Shown: piece by piece, positions 60,044-64,000 of the stretch | Layout of the letters: the number at the start of each line of letters is the position of its first letter | How positions within the stretch are numbered: position 1 is the stretch's first letter | Source of the DNA: Raja brachyura | Taxonomy: Eukaryota | Reading direction: 5' to 3' | Length of the DNA stretch: 64,000 nucleotides | Assembly: GCA_963514005.1 (NCBI GenBank) | Contig: OY740807.1 | Span: 5,952,001 to 6,016,000 of the forward strand | Notes under the pieces: model-generated | Database searches by the model: none | What the model was told of the DNA's origin: nothing | The model's input: only the letters and a program-made list of their open reading frames with translations | Made by a program: the position numbers and the translations under genes

Positions 60044-61886
60044 TAAGTTTAACTTGGAAGTTGGCAAAGTTACTGGCATCAACTGGTTGAACGGCTGGTG
60101 GGTGTATGGAACGAGCAACCAGGCGTGGTAGGTGAAGCAGGGACTATAACATTTAAAAGACAGGTACGCGGATAGGAAAGGTTTAGAGGGATATGGGCCA
60201 AACACGGGCAGGTGGGACTAGTGTAGATGGGCCATGTTGGTTGGCGTGGGCAAGTTGGGCCAAAGAGCCTGTTTCTATTTTATGTGAGTCTATGACTTTA
60301 TGACTGTGGACCAGTTAGATATGGGAATGGGTGGGAGGTCAGGACAAGAGGAATGAACCACAAAAGGAGGTACTACAGGATGGGTGTGGGCTGTGGAAGG
60401 GATTTGTGAGGCTGAGAAGTTCAATGTTGACCCATGCATCAGCAGATACATCTGCCACACAGACACATCTGCTCATCTCAACTAAACAGTCTGCTGCCCT
60501 AATCAGTTATTTATATTCAGCTTGATGGGCATCCGGCCTGATTAAGTTCAACAGCCCGGTGGTTTGTGCCAATGTTCCTCTGACGCAAACAAATGGCAGG
60601 TCATGAATGTGAATCGCTGTAAAATAAAGCCTTCATCAGCACATGGGGGTCTGCGATTGAAGAGTCTGGTCCAGTGAGAACATAGACCATAGATCAGTAC
60701 AGCACGGGAACAGGCCCTTCGGCCCACAATGTCTGTGCCCAACATGATGCCAAGACCAACTCTTACCGGCCTGCACATGCTCCAGATCCCCCCATTCCCT
60801 GCATATCCATGTGCCTATCCGAAAGTTTCTTAAACGCCACTATTGTATCTGCCTCCACCACCACCCCCTGGCAGCGCGTTCCAGGCACCCACCACCCTCT
60901 GTGCAAAACAAACTTGCCCCACACATCTACTTTAAACTTTGCCCCTCTCACCCGGGAGCTCTGCCCTCTAGTATTTGATATTTCCATACTGGGAAAAAGG
61001 TTCTGACTGTCTACCACATCGGTGCCTCTTATAATTTTATACACTTCTATCAGGTCTCCCCTCAACCTCCAGCATTCTGGAGGAAACAATCCGAGTCTGT
61101 TCAACCTCCCCCTGCAACTGAAACCCTCTAATCCAGGCATCGTTCTGGTAAACCACCTCTGCACCCTCTCCAAAGCCCCACACCCTGTAATGGGGGTGAC
61201 CAGAACTGCAGGCAATACTCCACATGCAGCCTAACCAAAGTCCCATAAAGCCGCATCCTGACTTCATGATTCTTATATTCAGTGCCCCGACCAATGAAGG
61301 CAAGAGTACCGTGTGCCTTCTTTATCAGTTAAACATTGCAAATTCCCCAGAGTTACGCCGGATTCTACGGGGATCACCAAGGTACCATTCGGCCCATCTA
61401 GTCCATTCTGAGCATCATTCATCCCTTCACATTAGTTAGGTCATAAGGGATCGGAGCAGAAGTAGGCCATTCGGCCCATTAAGTCTACTCCGCCATCCAA
61501 TTATGGCTGATCTATCTCTCCCTCTTTACTCCATTCTCCTGCCTTCTCCCCGTAACCTCTAACACCTGTACTAATGAAGAATCTGTCTATCTGTGTCATA
61601 AAAATATCCACTGACTTGGCCTCCATGGCACTTCTGTGGCAAAGAATTCCACAGATTCACCGCCCTCCTCCACTGTTGATACCTGTTCTTTGTCACAGAG
61701 AGAAGAAATTCCTCCTCATCTCCTTTCGAAAGCAACATCCATTAATTCTGAGGCTATGACCTCTAGTCCCCGACGCTCCCACTATTGGAAACATCCTCTC
61801 CACATCCACTCTATCCAGGCCTTTCACTATTTGGTAAGTTTCAATGAGGTGCCCCTTCATCCTCCTAAACTTGACGATGTGGAGCA

Positions 61887-63085
61887 GAGGCCAGTGACTC
61901 CCACAGCTACCTGGACTACTCTTCCTCCCACCCTGCTTCCTGTAAGGACTCCATCCCCTATTCCCAATTCCTCCGTCTACGCCGCATCTGCTCCCAGGAT
62001 GACGTGTTCCACACCAGGTCATCGCAAATGTCCTCGTTCTTCAGAGAACGGGATTTCCCCTCCCCCACTATAGATGAGGCTCGCACCAGGGTCTCCTCCA
62101 TACCCCGCAACACTGCCCTCTCTCCCCATTCCCCCACTCACAACAAGGGCCGAGTCCCCCTGGTCCTCACCTTTCACCCCACCAGCCAGCGCATACAACA
62201 GATAGTCCTCCGCCAGTTTCGCCACCTCCAACGTGACCCTTCCACTCGCCACATCTTCCCATCTCCCCCCCGTCTGCCTTCCGCAAAGACCGCTCCCTCC
62301 GCAACTCCCTCGTCAATTCTTCCCTTCCCTCCCGCTCCACTCCTTCCCTGGGCACTTTCCCTTGCAACCGCAAGAGATGCTACACTTGTCCCTTCACCTC
62401 CCCCATCCACTCCTTTCAGGGACCCAAGCAGTCATTCCAAGTCCGACAGAGGTTCACCTGCACCTCCTCCAACCTCATCTACTGCATCCGTTGCTCCAGA
62501 TGCCAGCTGATCTACATCGGTGAGACCAAGCGGAGGCTGGGCGATCGTTTCGCCGAACACCTCCGCTCGGTCCACAATAACCAACCCGACCTCCCGGTGG
62601 CTCAGCACTTCAACTCCCCCTCCCACTCCGTATCCGACCTCTCGGTCCTGTGCCTCCTCCACGGCCAGAGTGAGCAACACCGCAAGTTGGAGGAACAGCA
62701 CCTCATATTCCGCTTGGGGAGTCTACATCCTCTGGGCTTAAAGATTGAATTTTCTCAATTCTGTTAACCCAGACTGCCTCCTCCCCACCTCTCCCTCTGC
62801 CCTTGGGCCCTGGCATTCCTTCTCCATCTCCCCCCCCCCCCCCCCAGTCACACTAGCTTCTCATTTTCACACCACAAACAGCTTACAATGGCCTGCTTCC
62901 TTTATCACCAATACTTTTTTGCATATCTTTCATTCATTGTTCTTTATCTCTCCACATCACCATCTATATCTCTCGTTTCCCTGATCCCTGACCAGTCTGA
63001 AGAAGGGTCTCGACCCGAAACGTCGCCTAGCTCCTTCGCTCCTTAGATGCTGCTGCAGCCGCTGAGTTTCTCCAGCTTTTTGTGT
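61887..63085 (+). mobile_element. 5'-truncated Penelope-like retroelement (Neptune-like): RT thumb, Cys linker, GIY-YIG endonuclease and a 3' tail with hammerhead motif
   Basis: DSHSYLDYSSSHPASCKDSIPYSQFLRLRRICS..., then a frameshift near 62270, then FPCNRKRCYTC...SNLIYCIRCSRCQLIYIGETKRRLGDRFAEH...HFN...RKLEEQHLIFRLG...IEFSQFC* (stop 62765-62767). Confidence 0.9.
62994..63027 (+). ncRNA. Minimal type I hammerhead ribozyme motif in the Penelope 3' tail (intact core)
   Basis: agu CUGAAGA a GGGUC-uc-GACCC GAAA C GUC gcc: CUGANGA box, stem II, GAAA box, palindromic ACGU stem III and GUC cleavage triplet. Confidence 0.75.
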
Positions 63086-64000
63086 AACGCCCAGTGCCGA
63101 CAAACGCTTGATGCAACAACACACTAGCTGTATGTGATCCCACTTTCTCATCCACTCCATACACATTATGGGTAATGTACAGAGGCCAATTAACCTACAA
63201 AGCCACACGTCTTAGTTTAGTTTAGAATTACTATTGTTTATTTATTTGTCCGTTTGTGTTTTTAATATAAACGGAACTTTGTTGTTGTTTATTATGGGTT
63301 TTACAGAGTACTGTGTTTACATATTCTGTTGTCCTGCTGCAAGTAAGAATTTCATCGTTCTGTTTCTGACTCTTGACTAGTTTGTTAGCGTCTCATGGAC
63401 TAAGCTGTAGTGAAAAGCTTGTTGCTTTCTGGGCAGGTCAAACATCGTTGATTTTAGGTCCAGGTTATAAAGGTCGACTTCCCTTCCATTGTCCACTAGT
63501 CCTGATCTCTTGAACATTCCTGAGTTTAACTCCTCCACTGTTAATACCTGTTCTTTGTCCTGCTAAAGCCTCAACCTCTGAAATTAGTTTAGTTTAGTTC
63601 AGTTTGGAGACACAGCGTGGAAACAGGCCCTTCGGCCCACCAGGTCCGTGCCGACCAGCGATCCCTGTACACTAGCACTATCCTACACACACTAGGGATA
63701 ATTTACATTTAAACCAAGCCAATTAACCTACAAACCGGCATGTCTTTGGAGTGTTGGAAGAAACCCACGCAAGTCACGGGGAGAACGTACAAGCTCTGTG
63801 CCGCCAGAACCCGTAGTCAGGATGGAACCTGGGTCTCTGGCGCTGTGAGGCAGCAACTCTACCGCTGCGCCACCGTGCCGCCCATTGAATGCCACTGTGC
63901 TGCCTCCTTAACTCATCAGGCATGTGACCGGCAGCGTGCTGTCAACAAATGATGCTTACCACAAACTGAGCTGTTTAACAAATCTTAATCAAGCTGAATG

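Noticed and set aside
58623-64000. Further upstream RAP1GAP2 exons
   Set aside because: I found no segment with recognisable RapGAP-region sequence and compatible splice sites; these exons probably lie beyond the window.

Overview
Repeat-dense vertebrate genomic DNA, most likely a cartilaginous fish (skate/ray-like, inferred from abundant HE1-type V-SINEs and HER1/CR1 LINEs). I assembled three intron-containing genes by hand from splice sites and reading frames. (1) The last three coding exons of EXO5 (+, 1228-8229). (2) A complete 8-exon tapasin-family gene (+, 15493-32140, 431 aa). It has a tandem ISRE in its promoter, no free luminal Cys, no charged TM residue, a 17-nt micro-exon and a C-terminal KKPY ER-retrieval motif. 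(3) Four near-terminal exons of a RAP1GAP2-like gene (-, 58622-50418; terminal exon uncertain), convergent with the tapasin-like gene. Most of the rest is mobile DNA: CR1 and Rex1/Babar LINE fragments, V-SINEs, a Penelope-like (GIY-YIG) element, roughly 20 Penelope-derived tails carrying a minimal hammerhead-ribozyme motif, PIF/Harbinger MITEs, pogo/Tigger-like MITEs, a Tc1 end and a 1-kb TIR element with a 7-bp TSD. Best leads: (a) the third-type tapasin paralog, in which skipping the micro-exon would replace the ER-retrieval tail with an 82-aa open tail; (b) the hammerhead-bearing Penelope derivatives, which occur as palindromic units with TSDs and whose sense-oriented intragenic copies all carry core mutations, including A14G in the putative 3'UTR of the tapasin-like gene. 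Gene and family names come from my recall of these families; no database search was run.
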